A stretch of DNA of 64,000 bases, taken from the NCBI RefSeq assembly GCF_009914755.1, contig NC_060925.1, one strand, 5' to 3'. The notes below the pieces were generated by a model. It searched no databases. It saw only the letters and a program-made list of their open reading frames with translations, and was not told the DNA's origin. The translations under genes were made by a program, and so were the position numbers. Positions 15,826 to 29,799 of the stretch are shown here, in pieces. The number at the start of each line of letters is the position of its first letter. The stretch's first letter is position 1. Origin of the DNA: the human T2T-CHM13v2.0 reference genome, Homo sapiens.

Positions 15826-17032
15826 GCAGATTACTCTTAGAGATAGATATTCCACACATAAACAAAATCACATTAAATTAAAAGAGTTTACATTGGGTGT
15901 TCTGAGGTCTGAAACTGCATATCTGGTTCTACAACTTTCATAGAGTTCCTGATTTTGACTGCTTGGGTAAATGGCTGCACATCATGGCCTCTCCTGCAAG
16001 CCATTAGCTTCCATGTAACACCTAGTGTGAGAAGTTACTAAAGGAGATTAGTCTGTTGGCTAGATCATTCTTCTCTGTAGTTTTCTCCCATTCATCCTAG
16101 ACTGATCTGGTAGATCATATAAATGACAAGTAATCACTTTCCAGTAGTTGAAGAGCAGTCTGCCTTTCTGGGGTGCTCTTTGCCTTGGTCCAAACACTTT
16201 CAGCTTTTCCAACCATTGCTTTGAGCTATCAGGAATAATCCAATCATTTTTGAGTTCTGTGATTGTGCATGGATATTTTCTCCTTGGGCATAAACCTGTC
16301 TGTAGAAATTTTCTTATCATAAAACTTTAGTCTATGTTCAAATAAAAAATATAGCCTTTTACGGGATACTGAAAAAAATCCTTCTTCGTGGGCCTTTGGA
16401 AAGGAAATTCTGTCCTTGTAATTTCCCACGGTGATTCTAAGTGTATGGTCTTTTCCATAGCAATTATTGGCAATGAACAGTAAAAATGGTAAAAATACTT
16501 TCTTTTATATTTTAAGCCTGCTACAGTTTTAAAGAGTTTAAGTATAGGGCTTTATGGTGAAAGCAAATTATGAAATCCCCATGTTTATCTTCTGCATGCC
16601 AGATGAGGGTGTATCCCTAATTCTTTCCCTGTTTGTCTTTCCCAATTTCCCCTTTGAAAGGCAAACCTTTAAACTGAACAGACATTTTGAACTTCTACTT
16701 GCATAGCCTAGCATCAGAACTTATGGAAACATGTGAGGGAGCAGATAAACTAAGACAAGGAACCTGGCTTACCTGATCACTGATGTTACCAAGGACAAGC
16801 AGTGGCTGGAGAAAGTTTGGTACATGTGACTAAGATTAGCCTCTGAGGAATGTCTGATGGTGGTCGGAGTGTAAGGACTAATGGTTTTGAAAGTATTCAT
16901 CACCATTGGTGATGAAATTTCACTGCAGTTTTGGTTACTTTCAATAAACCACGTAGACTCACTGTGGCTTCCCTTAATGTGATGTAGCTAACATTCAGCA
17001 AAGTACGTACCAGCAAGACCATGCATTAAGGG

Positions 17033-17034
<2 letters not shown>

Positions 17035-17087
<53 letters not shown>

Positions 17088-17152
17088 TATGTGTGCATAC
17101 ATGACAGAAAGAGAGAGAAAGACAGAGAGAGAGAAAGAGAGAGAGAGAGAGA
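17035..17152. repeat. (GT)26 microsatellite (17035-17086) followed by an imperfect (GA)n tract
   Basis: Read directly. Confidence 0.95.
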
Positions 17153-17514
17153 ATGGAAACTTGTAAAAAAAACAGCAGTGGTATAATTTGTCTTCCACAT
17201 ACTCTGTCTACAGTATCCCTGCTGTTCTTTTAGGGTAAGCCAGTCTTCAGCAATAGTACCAGTGCTGTTAGTAGGGTCATTTCTACCATGATTTTGTGCT
17301 ACTTTATACAAAGCAAACCCAGACTTGTTTTTAATCCTTTTTATTGAGTTGTATTCTGTTTATATAATGATACTCATTCATGAAAACCAATAGATACAAT
17401 TTATTTAACCCAGAAGTCGTACTTCTTGGAATTTGTCTAAATAAATGATTGGAGAAGTGCAAAAAGATATATGGGAAAGGATATTCTTCGTAGTCTTTTT
17501 CATACCTTCTTTCC

Positions 17515-17890
17515 ACTGTGGAAATTACCTGTTTATCAATAGGTGTATAGTTAAATAAACTTTGTTACATGCTTTTAAGAGAATTCTTTATGGCCATTAA
17601 AAATGATATAGTTCAATTTTCAGACCTGGAATATGCTCATTTTTTCATGTAAAAAGAAAATAGGGTAAGTAACAGTATATATAGTTCATTCTTATATCTG
17701 ACATCTATCCATCTGTAACTAAATGGGTAGGAAGTATTCTGGAAAGGTAAATACCAAAATGCTGGCAATAATGATCTCTGTACAGTAGAATTATAGACGA
17801 TTTCAACTTCATTTTTGATTATCTGTTTTTCAAATATTTTTATGTAATTAATAATCATTAAATTGCTTATATAATGAGGAAAAAGTAAAA
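17515..17890 (+). mobile_element. Old L1M(E)-type 3' end fragment
   Basis: AT-rich L1M 3' UTR-like motifs (ctggaaaggtaaataccaaaatgct). Confidence 0.5.
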
Positions 17891-18349
17891 TTATTTTTCA
17901 CAGAAATAAATAGACCAATAATTGTCTTTGTTTCTAGTAATACCACTTCCTCAGTGAAACTATCTGCAAGTAACTGAAACAGATAAAAGAAATTCAACAA
18001 CATGTAGTTCAAACATATAGCTTCTATGGATCCACTTTGGCCACAAGATATACTAATTTCTTCTTTTGTTTGGATATGATACTATTACACAATTATTATT
18101 TTTAAGTCATAGAGCTGCTACTATTCAAAAATTTGGCTCACTCATGCTTAAAACCCCTGTGTTGCCTGAAAATATTTAATTATTTTCCCTATTGTTAACC
18201 ATTGTTCCTAAGCTCGTACATCCAATTAGATAGAGAGCCTTACCTTGTCTTTTAGGCACTTTGGAATAAAAAGATCAACCCATGTTTAGCAGAGAGCAAC
18301 TGTAAAAAGCATCAATTGAGAACCCACTATAATCTGTTAAATTCTTTTG

Positions 18350-18520
18350 ATTAATATCACTTACTTTTACAAAATAACCCAATGAGACAGAAATTATCCC
18401 CATTTTCAGAAGAATAAATATAGATTTGGGAAAGCTGGTTGACTGCTAGCATTATAGAGTTAGGCATTGGCAAAGCCAAGACTTAGACCTAGCTCTTTTG
18501 ACTTTAGTTACCATTTATTT
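18350..18520 (-). mobile_element. MIR
   Basis: attatccccattttcagaagaataaa core. Confidence 0.55.
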
Positions 18521-18802
18521 TCTCATTTCCATAATGCTTCAAGAGGAGTAATAAAGAACTTAATACATTTGGCAACTTCCTATCAGAAGCATATCTATGC
18601 TGTCTATAGAGATCATTCTTTCGGTCTGAGTTTTTAGTTGCAAACAATGAAAGAGGCTTTAATCAGGAATAATTCTCAAATCATATTTTGTCTACAGGTG
18701 TATCCGCACAGCACTCATCAGAGGCACAAGCTTGAATTTGAGATACTGCATGGGTCATACTCACTAGGACCCCTGCTATGGTGACTTCTGAAAACTCAGT
18801 GA

Positions 18803-20310
18803 CTACAGCAATCAAGACAGTGCGGTATTGGTAAAACAACAGACAAATAGATTGGTCAAACAAAACAGAGAGCTCAGAAATTGACCCACACAAATATGGT
18901 CAACTGGTCTTTGACAAATAAGTAAAGGCAATTCAATAGTCTTTTCAACAAATGGTTCTGAAACAAGACATCAACATAAAATAAATTTAGAAACAGATCT
19001 TTTACCTCTTACAAAAATGAACTCAAAATGCATCATAGGCCTAAATGTAAAATACAAAACTATTAAACACCTAGAAGATAACATAGGAAAAAATCTAGAT
19101 GTGTTTGGGTTTGGAGATGGTTCTTTAGATATGTCACCAAATGCACTGTATACATGAAAGAAAAGTTGATACATTGGACTTCATTAAAATTAAATATTTT
19201 TGTTCTGTGAAAGACACTGTCAAGAGAATGAGAAGTAAGCTACAGAGTGGGAGAAATATTTTCAAAAGATATATCTGAAAGAGGACTTGTTACCCCAAAT
19301 ATAGAAGGAACTCTTAAAGCTCAGCGATAAGAAAACAAACAACCTGATTAAACAACCAGGGTAAAAAATCTGAACAGACACCTAACCAAAGAAGATATAC
19401 ACATGACAAATAAGCATATGAAAAGATAGTCTACATTATACCTCATTAGGGAACTGCAAATTAAAATAACCACCACTCCACACCTATTAGAATGGATAAC
19501 ATCTAAAACACTGACAACACTAAAAGCTGATGAGGATGTAGAGCAACATGAACTTTCATTCATTGTTGCTGGGGATGTAAAATGGCACAGCCACTTTGGA
19601 AGACAGTCTGGCAGTTTCTCATAAAGCTAAACATGGTCTTGTCATATGATTCATAAATTGTGTTCCTTGGTATTTACCCAAAAGAGTTATGTCCACAGAA
19701 AAACTTGTCTCCACACAAAAACCTACATACATACATTTATAGCAGCTTTGTTCATAATTGCCAAAATTTGGAAGCAACCAAGATGTTCTTCAATAGGTAA
19801 ATATATAAACTGTGGTATATTCACACAACTGAATATTTTTCAATGCCAAAAAGAAACAAGCCATGAAAAAACATGGAAGAACCTTAAAGGTATATTACTA
19901 AGTGAAAGAAGCAATCAGAATAGGCAAAACTATGGAGGCAGTAAAAAGATCAGCGGTTACTGGAGGCTTGGTGGGAGAGAGGGAGGAGGAGTAGGTGAGG
20001 TGCAGGTGATTTTTAGGGTAGTGAAACCATTCTGTATCAATACTAAGAGGGTAATACATGTTATTATACATTTGTCAAAACCCAAGAATGAGCCCTAATG
20101 TAAACTAGGGGCTTTGAGTTACAATAATGTGTCAATGTCATTTAATCAGTTGTAACAAATGCACCACTCTGGTAAGGGATGCTGATAGTGAGTAAGGCTA
20201 TGAGTGTATATGAGCTGAGTGGGTATATGGGAAATCTCTGTACTTTTGCTCAATTTTGCTGTGGACCTAAACTGCTCTTAAAGATAAAGTCTATTAGTTA
20301 AAAACCAAAC
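18803..20310 (+). mobile_element. L1MC (L1MC1/2-like) 3' portion, apparently splitting an old MaLR LTR (~18620-18800 and ~20320-20570)
   Basis: ORF2 C-terminal remnants (FIAALFIIAKIWKQPRC) and L1MC 3' end (gggaaatctctgtacttt...aaactgctcttaaa). Confidence 0.82.
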
Positions 20311-21344
20311 AAGCAAACAAACTCCACGACTCTTGTCAACAACCATATAGCTTTCCCCAAAAATGAATTTCATGTGGAGTCTTCTTTCTCTTTGATCTCT
20401 TCCAAATCCAAGCTTGTGGAGGTGGTTTAATTGGTTCAGTCTACGTCATATGCCAAGGGTAAGTTGAAAATGGAGTTCTGGATTCTACTTTGATGAAAAG
20501 GGCTATCATATGGGAACTTCCATACACATCGGAAGCCAGACAGTCACTATTGTGGCAAATGTCCACCATAGACACTAATGTAGAAAGAGAGAAAAAAACT
20601 CTACATTAATATTTTTCAATAACTAATTCCATTACAGGCACAAAAGCCTAATGATTAACTTTTTTTTTCCATTGGAAGGGAATTAAGGTCTTCTCTATTT
20701 TGCTATTTGCTTTCTTTGATTTCTATATGTTCACTTTTTCTGGGGGTAGGAGTGGGGATCCTTGCAGAAATGCCTTAAGTACACCTATAAATTTTTCCAA
20801 CTGCTTTTGATACATTTACTTCTAGGAACTGTTTATTAAAAGAGTTAGCATTTTCCCCCACTAACACTTTAAGCACAAAATAAGTAAAGTTTACATATTT
20901 ATTAAACTTCTTTCATGTCTGTTATACAAAGGCAATTGCCTTTAACAAGATTATTTTGGCTATCTGTTTCTGAAAAAAACACAGATGCTGGAGAAATATT
21001 CAAAGACTTTGTTAAACGTTAGGATTATTAACTTATTATATCAGTTGAAGGATGATTTCACCTTTGGCTTTTACAATAAACTCAGACATTAATGGACTTG
21101 GCGATTCTAATAGGAAATAAGGATAGAAAGATTAAGGAAATTTCTACAGCAGGAACAATATAAAAGACAAAAAGAAAGGAGAAGGAACAAGAACATAAAA
21201 AAGGGCAGGCTCTGAGAGAGTAGAGGTCAATGCAGTTGTGGCAACTGTCATCATCACTATAGACTCTGGTTGAGACTCAAAGTAAGAATAATCATGATCA
21301 TAAAGAGAAGAGGAAGTCCTATAAATAGCAAAATTAAAAGAAAT

Positions 21345-24125
21345 TCGAAAAACCAAAAATCCCAACCCATGCTATTAAAAGTGGGCAAAGGACTTGAATA
21401 GACATTTCTCAAAGGAAGATATACAAATTACTAATAGATGTATAATAAGACAATCAATATTATTAACATTGGGGAAATTCAAATAAAAACCACAGTGAGG
21501 TATCATGGTATCATGTCACACCTGTTAGGATGTCTATGATCAAGAAAAAATAGATAACGAGTGCTGACGAGGATGTGAAGAAATTGGAACCCTTGTACAC
21601 TGTTGGTTAAAATGTAAAATTGTTTAGCTGTTATGGAAAACAATACAAGATTCCTCAAAAAATTAAAAATTTAAAAATTTAAATTAAAAATAGAAATACC
21701 ACATGATTCAGTAATCCCACATTTGGGTATGTATCCAAAAGAATTGAAATCAGGATTTTGAAGAGATAGTTGGATTCCCATGTTCATTGCAGCATTATTT
21801 ACAATGGGCAAGATAGAGAACAACCTAAATGTCCATTGATAGATGAATGAATAAAGAAAATGTAGCATTTATGTACAATAGAATATTATCCAGACTTAAA
21901 AAAGAATGAAATCTTAACATAAGCAGCAGTATAGATGAACTTAGAGAACACTGTGCTAAGTAAAATAAGCGGACACAGAAGGACAAATGCTGCATGACTC
22001 CACCAACAGGAAGTATCTAAAATGGTCAAACTCACGGAAACAGAGAGTAGAATGGTGGTTGCCAGGGTCTTAGCAGGAGAGGAAAGAAGAGTCATTGTTC
22101 AACAGGTATAAAGTTTCAGCTATGTTTTTGTTTGCTTAATTGAAGATCAGTTGGTTGTAAGTATTTGGGTTTATTTCTGGGTTCTCTATCCTGTTCCATT
22201 GGTCTATGTGCCTATTTTTATACCAGTACCATGCTGTTTTGCTGACTATGGGCTAGTTTGAAGTCAGGTAATGTGATGCCTCCAGATTTGTTCTTTTTGT
22301 TTAGTCTTGTTTTGGCTATGCGGGCTCTTTTTTGGTTCCATGTGAATTTTAGGATTGTTTTTTTTCTAGTTCTGTGAAAAATTATGGTGGTATTTTTATG
22401 GAAATTGCATTGAATTTGTAGATTGCTTTTGGCAGTATGGTCATTTTCACAATATTGATTCTACACATCCATGAGCATGGGATGTGTTTCCATTTGTTTG
22501 TGTCATCTATGATTTCTTTCAGCAGTGTTTTGTAGTTTTCCTTGTAGAGGTCTTTCATCTCGATTAGGTATGTTCTTAAGTATTTTATTTTATTTTTGCA
22601 GGTATTGTAAAAGGGGTTGAGTTTTTGATTTGATTCTCAGCTTGGTTGCTGTTGGTGTGTAGCAGAGCTACTGATTTGTGTACATTAATTTTGTATCCTG
22701 AAACTTGGCTGAATTCATTTATCAGTTCTAGGAGCTTTTTGCAGGAGTCTTTAGGGTTTTCTAAGTATACAGTCATATCATCAGGACACCCTATTTAACA
22801 AATGGTGCTGGGATAATTGGCAAGCCACATGTAGGAGAATGAAAGTGGACCCTCATCTCTCACCTTATACAAAATCAACTCAAGATGGATCAAGGACTTA
22901 AATCGAAGACCTGAAACTATAAAAATTCTAGCAGATAACATCGGAAAAATGCTTCTAGACATTGGCTTAGGCAAAGACTTCATGGCAAAGAACCCAAAAG
23001 CAAATGCAACAGAACAATGAGAAATAGGCGGGACTTCATTAAACTAAAGAGCTTCTGCACAGCAAAAGAAACAGCAGAGTAAACAGACAACCCATGGAGT
23101 GGGAGAAAATCTTCACAATCTATATATCTAACAAAGGACCAACATCTAGAATCTACAAAGAACTCAAACGAATTAGCGAGAAAAAAAAATCCCATCAAAG
23201 AGTGGGCTAAGGACATGAATAGGCAGTTCTCAAAAGAAGATATACAAATGGCCAAGAAACATATGAAAAATTCTCAACATCACTAATAATCAGGGAAATG
23301 CAAATCAGAACAATGCGATACCACCTTACTCCTGCAAGAAAGGCCATAACCAAAAAATCAAATAAGAATAGATGTTGGCATGGATGTATTAAAAAGAGAA
23401 CACTTCTACACTGCTGGTGGGAATGTAAACTAGTACATCCACTGTGGAAAACAGTGTGGGGATTCCTTAAAGAACTAAAAGTAGAACTACCATTTGATCC
23501 AGCAATCCCACTACTGGGTGTCCACCCAGAGGAAAAGAAATCATTATACGAATATGGAACCAGCCCAAATGCTCATCAATCAACAAGTAGATAAAGAAAT
23601 TGTGATATGTATGTACAATGGAATACTACTCAGCCATAAAAAGGAATGAATTAATGGCATTTGCAGCAACCTGGATGGAACTGGAGACTGTTATTCCAAG
23701 TGAACTAACCCAGGAATGGAAAACCAAGCATCATATGTTCTCACCAAAAATGGGAGCTAAGCTATGAAGATTCAAAGGCATAAGAATGATACAATGGTCT
23801 TTGGGGGCTCAGGGGAAGGCTAGGAGCTGGGTGAGGAGTAAAAGACTGCAAATTGGGTTCAGTGTATACTGCTTGGGTGATGGGCTCACCAAAATCTCAC
23901 AAATAACCACCAAAGAACTTACTAATGTAACCAAATACCTCCTGTTCCTCCAAAACTTATGGAAATAAAAAAGTTTTAAAAAAAGTATCAGGTATGTAAC
24001 ATGAGTAAGTTCTAGAGACCTGCCATAAAACATTGTGCCTAGATATAGTTAACAATACTGTATTTTGTACTTCAAAATTTAAGAGGGTAGGTCTCATGTT
24101 AAGTGTTCTTACCACAATAAAACAG
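21345..24125 (+). mobile_element. L1MA 3' portion (21345-22124 and 23982-24125), interrupted by an L1PB
   Basis: L1MA 3' UTR resumes after the insert at gtaagttctagagacc...gtgttcttaccacaataaaa. Confidence 0.8.
22125..23981 (+). mobile_element. L1PB1-like insertion with inverted 5' segment (22125-22784 minus, 22783-23981 plus)
   Basis: L1PB 3' UTR; TSD AAAGT(T/A)TCAG(C/G)TATG at 22110-22124 and 23982-23996. Confidence 0.88.
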
Positions 24126-24974
24126 ACAAAAACAATTAAGGATCACACACACACACAAATAATAAAGAGAAGGGAAAGGTGAGTTGTAAAAGCCTAAGCA
24201 GCTAAGGAGAATATAAAATTTTTCCAGGTATTAGAGAGAAGTTGGTATGACTACAGCTTTACATCTATGGCTTATTATTAAAGATATTAAAATACCATAT
24301 GATGAAATTGTGGGTATTCAACACAATTCTTTAAAGGAAGATGGTGATTAACATTTCGAATTTTTAAAACGTTGCTCAAGTAATGCCATTTACAGAATAG
24401 CAGGAAGTAGATGTGATTGAATTGTGTGGATTTCTCAGGTGGCGCTGAGGGTTATAATTCATCTTACTTTAAGGTCTGTACTGGCCAAATGCACTGAGGT
24501 GCAGAGAGGATCAGCAGAAGAGGAGCCTCTGAGGAGGATGGAGGGAGGACTCGGGTGCAAGCCTGAATTCACCACATGAATCCTTCACTTCACCCTTTTC
24601 CAGAATGAGCTGTGTCTTGCATAGATGGAAAAGCAAGCAAAGAAATGTATTAATCTTTCTCCCTGATATACAGCATATTTTATTTTTGTTTGTAGTGGTC
24701 TTCTGACTCTCACTGAGCCTTGCTAAGGGATGTGTCGGAACAGAAGTTTGTTCTGTGACATTGCCCATCACTCTAATTTGTTTTCCCGTCATAAAAAGAC
24801 TGCATAATTTCTCAGGTCTATTCTAGCCACTATATCTTTTGATCTTTTTTCCTTGTATTATTTGCCATACTAGGATAATATCAGTATAAAGTAGCTAGCT
24901 CCAAGTTAAATTGAGCAGAGCTTCTGCTTTTAGTTCTTGTAGGAAAGAAGACAATGACAAGACAATTAGTTTAT

Positions 24975-25240
24975 ATTTATTTATTCAATCAATAAATATT
25001 TCTTGAGTTCCTACATTATAAGCGCTGAGGGTTCAGTAATACAACAGAGTCTCAATTCTCACGGATATTGTATTCTGTAGGGGGAAAACCACAATACACA
25101 GTATATAAAAATGTCAAGTGGTGATGATAAGAGCTATAAATTACAATAAAGCAGGTTGCAAGAAACTATGGGAATGGGGAGGAGCTGCTATTTTATACGA
25201 AGCAACGAGAGCAGACTTCTGATAAGGCAATACTTGATTA
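24975..25240 (-). mobile_element. L2 3' fragment
   Basis: ttattcaatcaataaatatttcttgag tail. Confidence 0.6.
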
Positions 25241-25731
25241 ATTTGCTTCCAGAATCAACTCTGAAGCTCCATTCAGATTCAATTCAATATCATATACCCT
25301 TTAAGGTAATGCTTGTACTTTAAGAATTCTTCTAGGTTCTGTGCAATAGATTACTGGCTGAGGCACTAAAACTAAGTAAGCCTCTGTCATCAAGAATTTA
25401 TTTTTCTATTCTGCTCTACCAGAAAAAAAATGGGAACATTTTCAATAAAGGTTGAAATAAAAAATAATTTTAGTTAATCTGAAAATTAGGTAATGCACAG
25501 CACTCCATGCCCTCTTATTCTACCATAAAAAGGTTTTGTATGTGTGACTGATCTTTTCATTGGGAAGATGAAAATGTCTTCCAGCTTGATATCAATCATG
25601 TGCAGTGATGTGCATGCTTCTTCCTCCTGATATTTCAGATATAGGGAGGAGGCCAAGTATGGGAGAGCAGAGAATAATAGACCTGGCTGATTCCATAAAA
25701 ATCATTCATTGTTATTTATAATAATAAAATA

Positions 25732-25804
25732 GGCCAGATGTGGTGGCTCATGCCTGTAATACCAGCACTTTGGGAGACTGAGGTGAGTGGATCCCTTGAG
25801 CCCA
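25732..25804 (+). mobile_element. Alu/FLAM 5' fragment (J-like), no tail
   Basis: ggccagatgtggtggctcatgcctgtaataccagcactttgggag...ttgagccca. Confidence 0.85.
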
Positions 25805-26714
25805 CAAAGATCCTGGTTAATCTGGTTTTACAGTTCATCGTCCCCACTACCATAGGTGGCTTCTCAAGGAAAGACTCCTTAGGATGGCTTTTGACCACTG
25901 ACACTGGACTTCAGTTTCTGGCTGGTACATCTATCTTTGGTAGGCAGATTTAGTCTGGCCAATGTCCAACTTAGGAAATCCATAAATGCTTTGGATTCTG
26001 TACCACAGAGGGTTTTGTTTCTAGTACACTTTATGGCACAAGTGGCAGTCGTCTGAAAAAATACTCTTCTGCTTACTAGTTTTAGCTCCCTGAAAGAGTG
26101 GTTGGTTTGCCGTCATAGAGACTGGTGTCTTTTTTCTTCCCAACCTAACCTTCCTTGGAGAGTTGGTTACTTTGACTCAATCACCTGTTCTGTTTAGATT
26201 CACCATTGATCTGTTATCAATGAGCAATGTAACCAAAACTATTTATAAGCAATTTCTGAGTAGTGGTCAACTTGCAACACTTCCTCTGTTGGGCTTGTGG
26301 GTTCCTGGCCCTGAGTAATATATGCTATATAGTGCAGGGCAGTGGTTTTTAACCTTTTGATAACCACAGATATTTTTAGAAATTTTTTTGAGATTTTTGG
26401 TGGCTGTGTATCTTTTATTAAAAAATGAAGGAGACTATAAACCCACCTGATGAGAAAGTACTGCATGCTAATACCACATACTTTCACTAAAAAGAAATAA
26501 GTAAATAAAATAGCTAATAAATGATACAAGGGCATGAAATGTGAGAAGCTATTCTTACTTTCCCAGCTTGGCCATGAACTTGGTAACTTCCTGGTGGAAT
26601 TTTTCATTGTTAATGTTTTGGTGTACTTTAGGTTTTTTTTCATCTCTACTTACTTTACGTGGTTGATATCCCATTGAACACAACATTTTAATAAATATGA
26701 ATCAGGGTCTGACC

Positions 26715-26907
26715 CAGAGGTCAGCAAACATTTTCTGTGAAGGGCCAGATGGCAGATATTTTAAGCTTTGATGACCATGCAACAAATCCACTTTGCTGTT
26801 GCCGTGTACAAACAACCATAGCCAATATGTAAGCAAATAGGCATTGCCGTGTTCTAATAAAACTTTATTTACAAAAACAGAAGGCAGATACAGTGTGTTG
26901 ATTCTTG
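26715..26907 (+). mobile_element. MER58-type hAT-Charlie MITE
   Basis: cagaggtcagcaaacatttttctgtgaagggccagat...taataaaactttatttacaaaaacag. Confidence 0.75.
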
Positions 26908-26960
26908 TGCTGTGCTATTAATATGAAGTTATTATACATAATATTTGTCAGGTATAGATA

Positions 26961-27045
26961 TAGGTTGATGCAAACGTAATTGCAGTTTTTGCCATTAGAA
27001 TTAATTACCAGTGGCAAAAACTGCAATTACTTTTGCAACAACCTA
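26961..27045. mobile_element. MADE1 (Hsmar1-derived MITE)
   Basis: TAGGTTGATGCAAACGTAATTGCAGTTTTTGCCA...TGGCAAAAACTGCAATTACTTTTGCAACAACCTA: mariner TIRs with TA nearby on both sides. Confidence 0.9.
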
Positions 27046-27689
27046 GTAATACCTATCTAGCATATTTCATTTGAATTCACTAATTTAAACAAATGCAGTG
27101 ACTCAAGTTATTAAATATAATTTTACAGATTTGACCCATTACTTGAAGTCCATGGCAATAAAATACCTATTTAATTGTTTTTCTATACAATTCTTGATTT
27201 TTTTGGAGAAAACTATTAATTCTCTTTGCATAGTATCTCATATAAAAATAAAAAGAAATTATGTAAAAGTTAGGTCATTCATTATTAGCAATTTCTGGAG
27301 TAAATAGCATCAGTTATTGTTTTAAGTGGTTATCGAGTAAGACTAGGGCTAGATGAGTTTTTTAAACTGTGAGAAAAAGAAGAGGTCCAATTACACATTC
27401 CCTGGTACTGGAAAATAAGCAGAAGCAGAATAGTAATCATGAATAAAAGTACCACAGAGCCAAAATTTTTCCCCAGGCTTTGGAATTCCACTAAAAACTG
27501 TATAATCCAACTGGATTTCTGTTTAGTATCAAGTTCTCTGTCTTTGCCTGTATTGAATTCACCATCAAAATATCTCCAACGTCTCTTGCTTAAGACTTAA
27601 ACACTAGGGGAAGACCCTAGTGTTTAAACCTCACCTCCAAGACAAGATCCTTTTAGTATCACCCTCCCTAGGGTGAAATATATCTCCAG

Positions 27690-27906
27690 TTGGTTAAAGT
27701 CTTCCATGAAAAATGGTTCTATAGTCAAAAATATTTGGGAAATGTTGGATTAGCCAAATTTTACTGTAGGACTTCTCAGAGGCTTTAACATACTGATATG
27801 CTCTATGAATTAGTAATGCCCCATATTTCTCAAGTTTATTAGAAATGGACCTCTCTCCCCAGATGGCAGAACAGATGTTTGGTATAAAACACTTTGGGAA
27901 ATGCTG
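27690..27906. mobile_element. hAT-Charlie MITE (MER103-like)
   Basis: tttgggaaatg motifs; ends aacactttgggaaatgctg. Confidence 0.5.
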
Positions 27907-28419
27907 GTAGATTCATCCCTCCCCCTGTTCTTCCTTCAGAACTTAGCTTCACTGTGCATTTCCTTAGGTGCCTTCTCTGTTTTGCAGAGTGACAGTCTAT
28001 CATCAATGTATTAACCAAAGTCCAATATTAATGCCTGAGAATGAGGAGTATATGCCTTATTCACTCCAGAATCATCAGAGTCAAATTCCATTTCAAATAA
28101 TTGATCAAGCTACTGTAGCACTTATGTTGCAGTGGACAAGCAATTGAGAGCTATCTGATATGGTATCAATCTTCCAGCCAGCTTAATTTTCATACATTTA
28201 ACCTTTGTATACCTTTTAAAGAAAGCAGTAGGTACAAAAGTAAGAGACTCTTCAGGAAGCTTCCTGGAGGGAGCTTATGCTAAAGAGATGTATAAGCAAA
28301 TATGCAAAGTTCAAAGAAATGTATATTCTTATTGCTGTGTAGTCCATGGTTGAATAAAAAGGGAAATAATTTAAGGACCCATCAAGAGGGTATTAGTGGT
28401 GTATCAAAATATCTGACAG

Positions 28420-28665
28420 TATAGGGCACTGTGTAATAGCTTGGGCTTGGAGTCTGGTAGACTGGAATTTGAATCTTTATCATCACCAAGCTTTGTGATT
28501 TTTAGTGAATTTCTTAAGCTCTTTAAGTTTCAATTTTCTCATCTATAAAATGTAGAGAATAATTCTACTTATTTCATTATATTGCTTTAAGGATTAAATA
28601 AATGGGTTAATGCCCTTTTGTACTTAGCATAAAGCTTCACACATTCCAAATGTACAATAAATCTC
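28420..28665 (+). mobile_element. MIR
   Basis: caattttctcatctataaaatg core. Confidence 0.7.
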
Positions 28666-28818
28666 CAGCCATTGAATGCTGTAGAAAGATTGTGAAATGA
28701 TATACATAGGCATATTTACCTAGAGATCTGTTTGGAAGAAGGCCCATCTATTATGGTTAAGTGGTTTTCTCTGGGTAGTGGACTTTGGGTGAATTGTACT
28801 TTCTTAAAAACCTTTTCT

Positions 28819-29146
<328 letters not shown>

Positions 29147-29799
29147 TTACAGTAATCATACTGTTTTTCTAAGAGAAAATACAAGAACGCTATTTTAATT
29201 TAGGGAAAAAAGATGTACAATTCAAGAGATGTACTGTGGGCACGTTTCAAAGAAAATAATAATCAGAGTAATCTTGCTTTATTTTTATCCTTTAGAAACT
29301 TGAACCTCAGGCGCACCATCAGATTAATCATAATCTTATTGCTATGACAGGTCGTGCTAGACCTCAACTGCTCTTTGTTTCAAGCACTGATCCAGATTAC
29401 ACTTCCCAGATGGAACTCCATTCTCTATTCTCCCACTCTGTCCTTGTTTCTTAGATGGACCAGATAACTGGTTCTCAGCCGTCATGTGAGACCAAAGAAT
29501 ACATGTCACTTCTAGATAAGAGGAGGTGTGCCATGCTCTCTCTCATTCTTCATCCTGCAGCTGGAAGAAAAGGACTTCCAGGCTTTAGGAGATGGTATTA
29601 TTCAGAGGTGAAAGCAGCCTAAATTCCTGTGTCACTTTCTGGAGGAGAGCGTTCAAGACAGACAACCGATTAGGAATATCTACATTGATTTTTTTGTTAT
29701 TCTAATCTGAATGATGCAATTACACATTATCTTCATTAGTCTACAGGTGACCTTTTTCTACTCAGTTAATTACTTTGTATAATATGCCACTATAAACCT

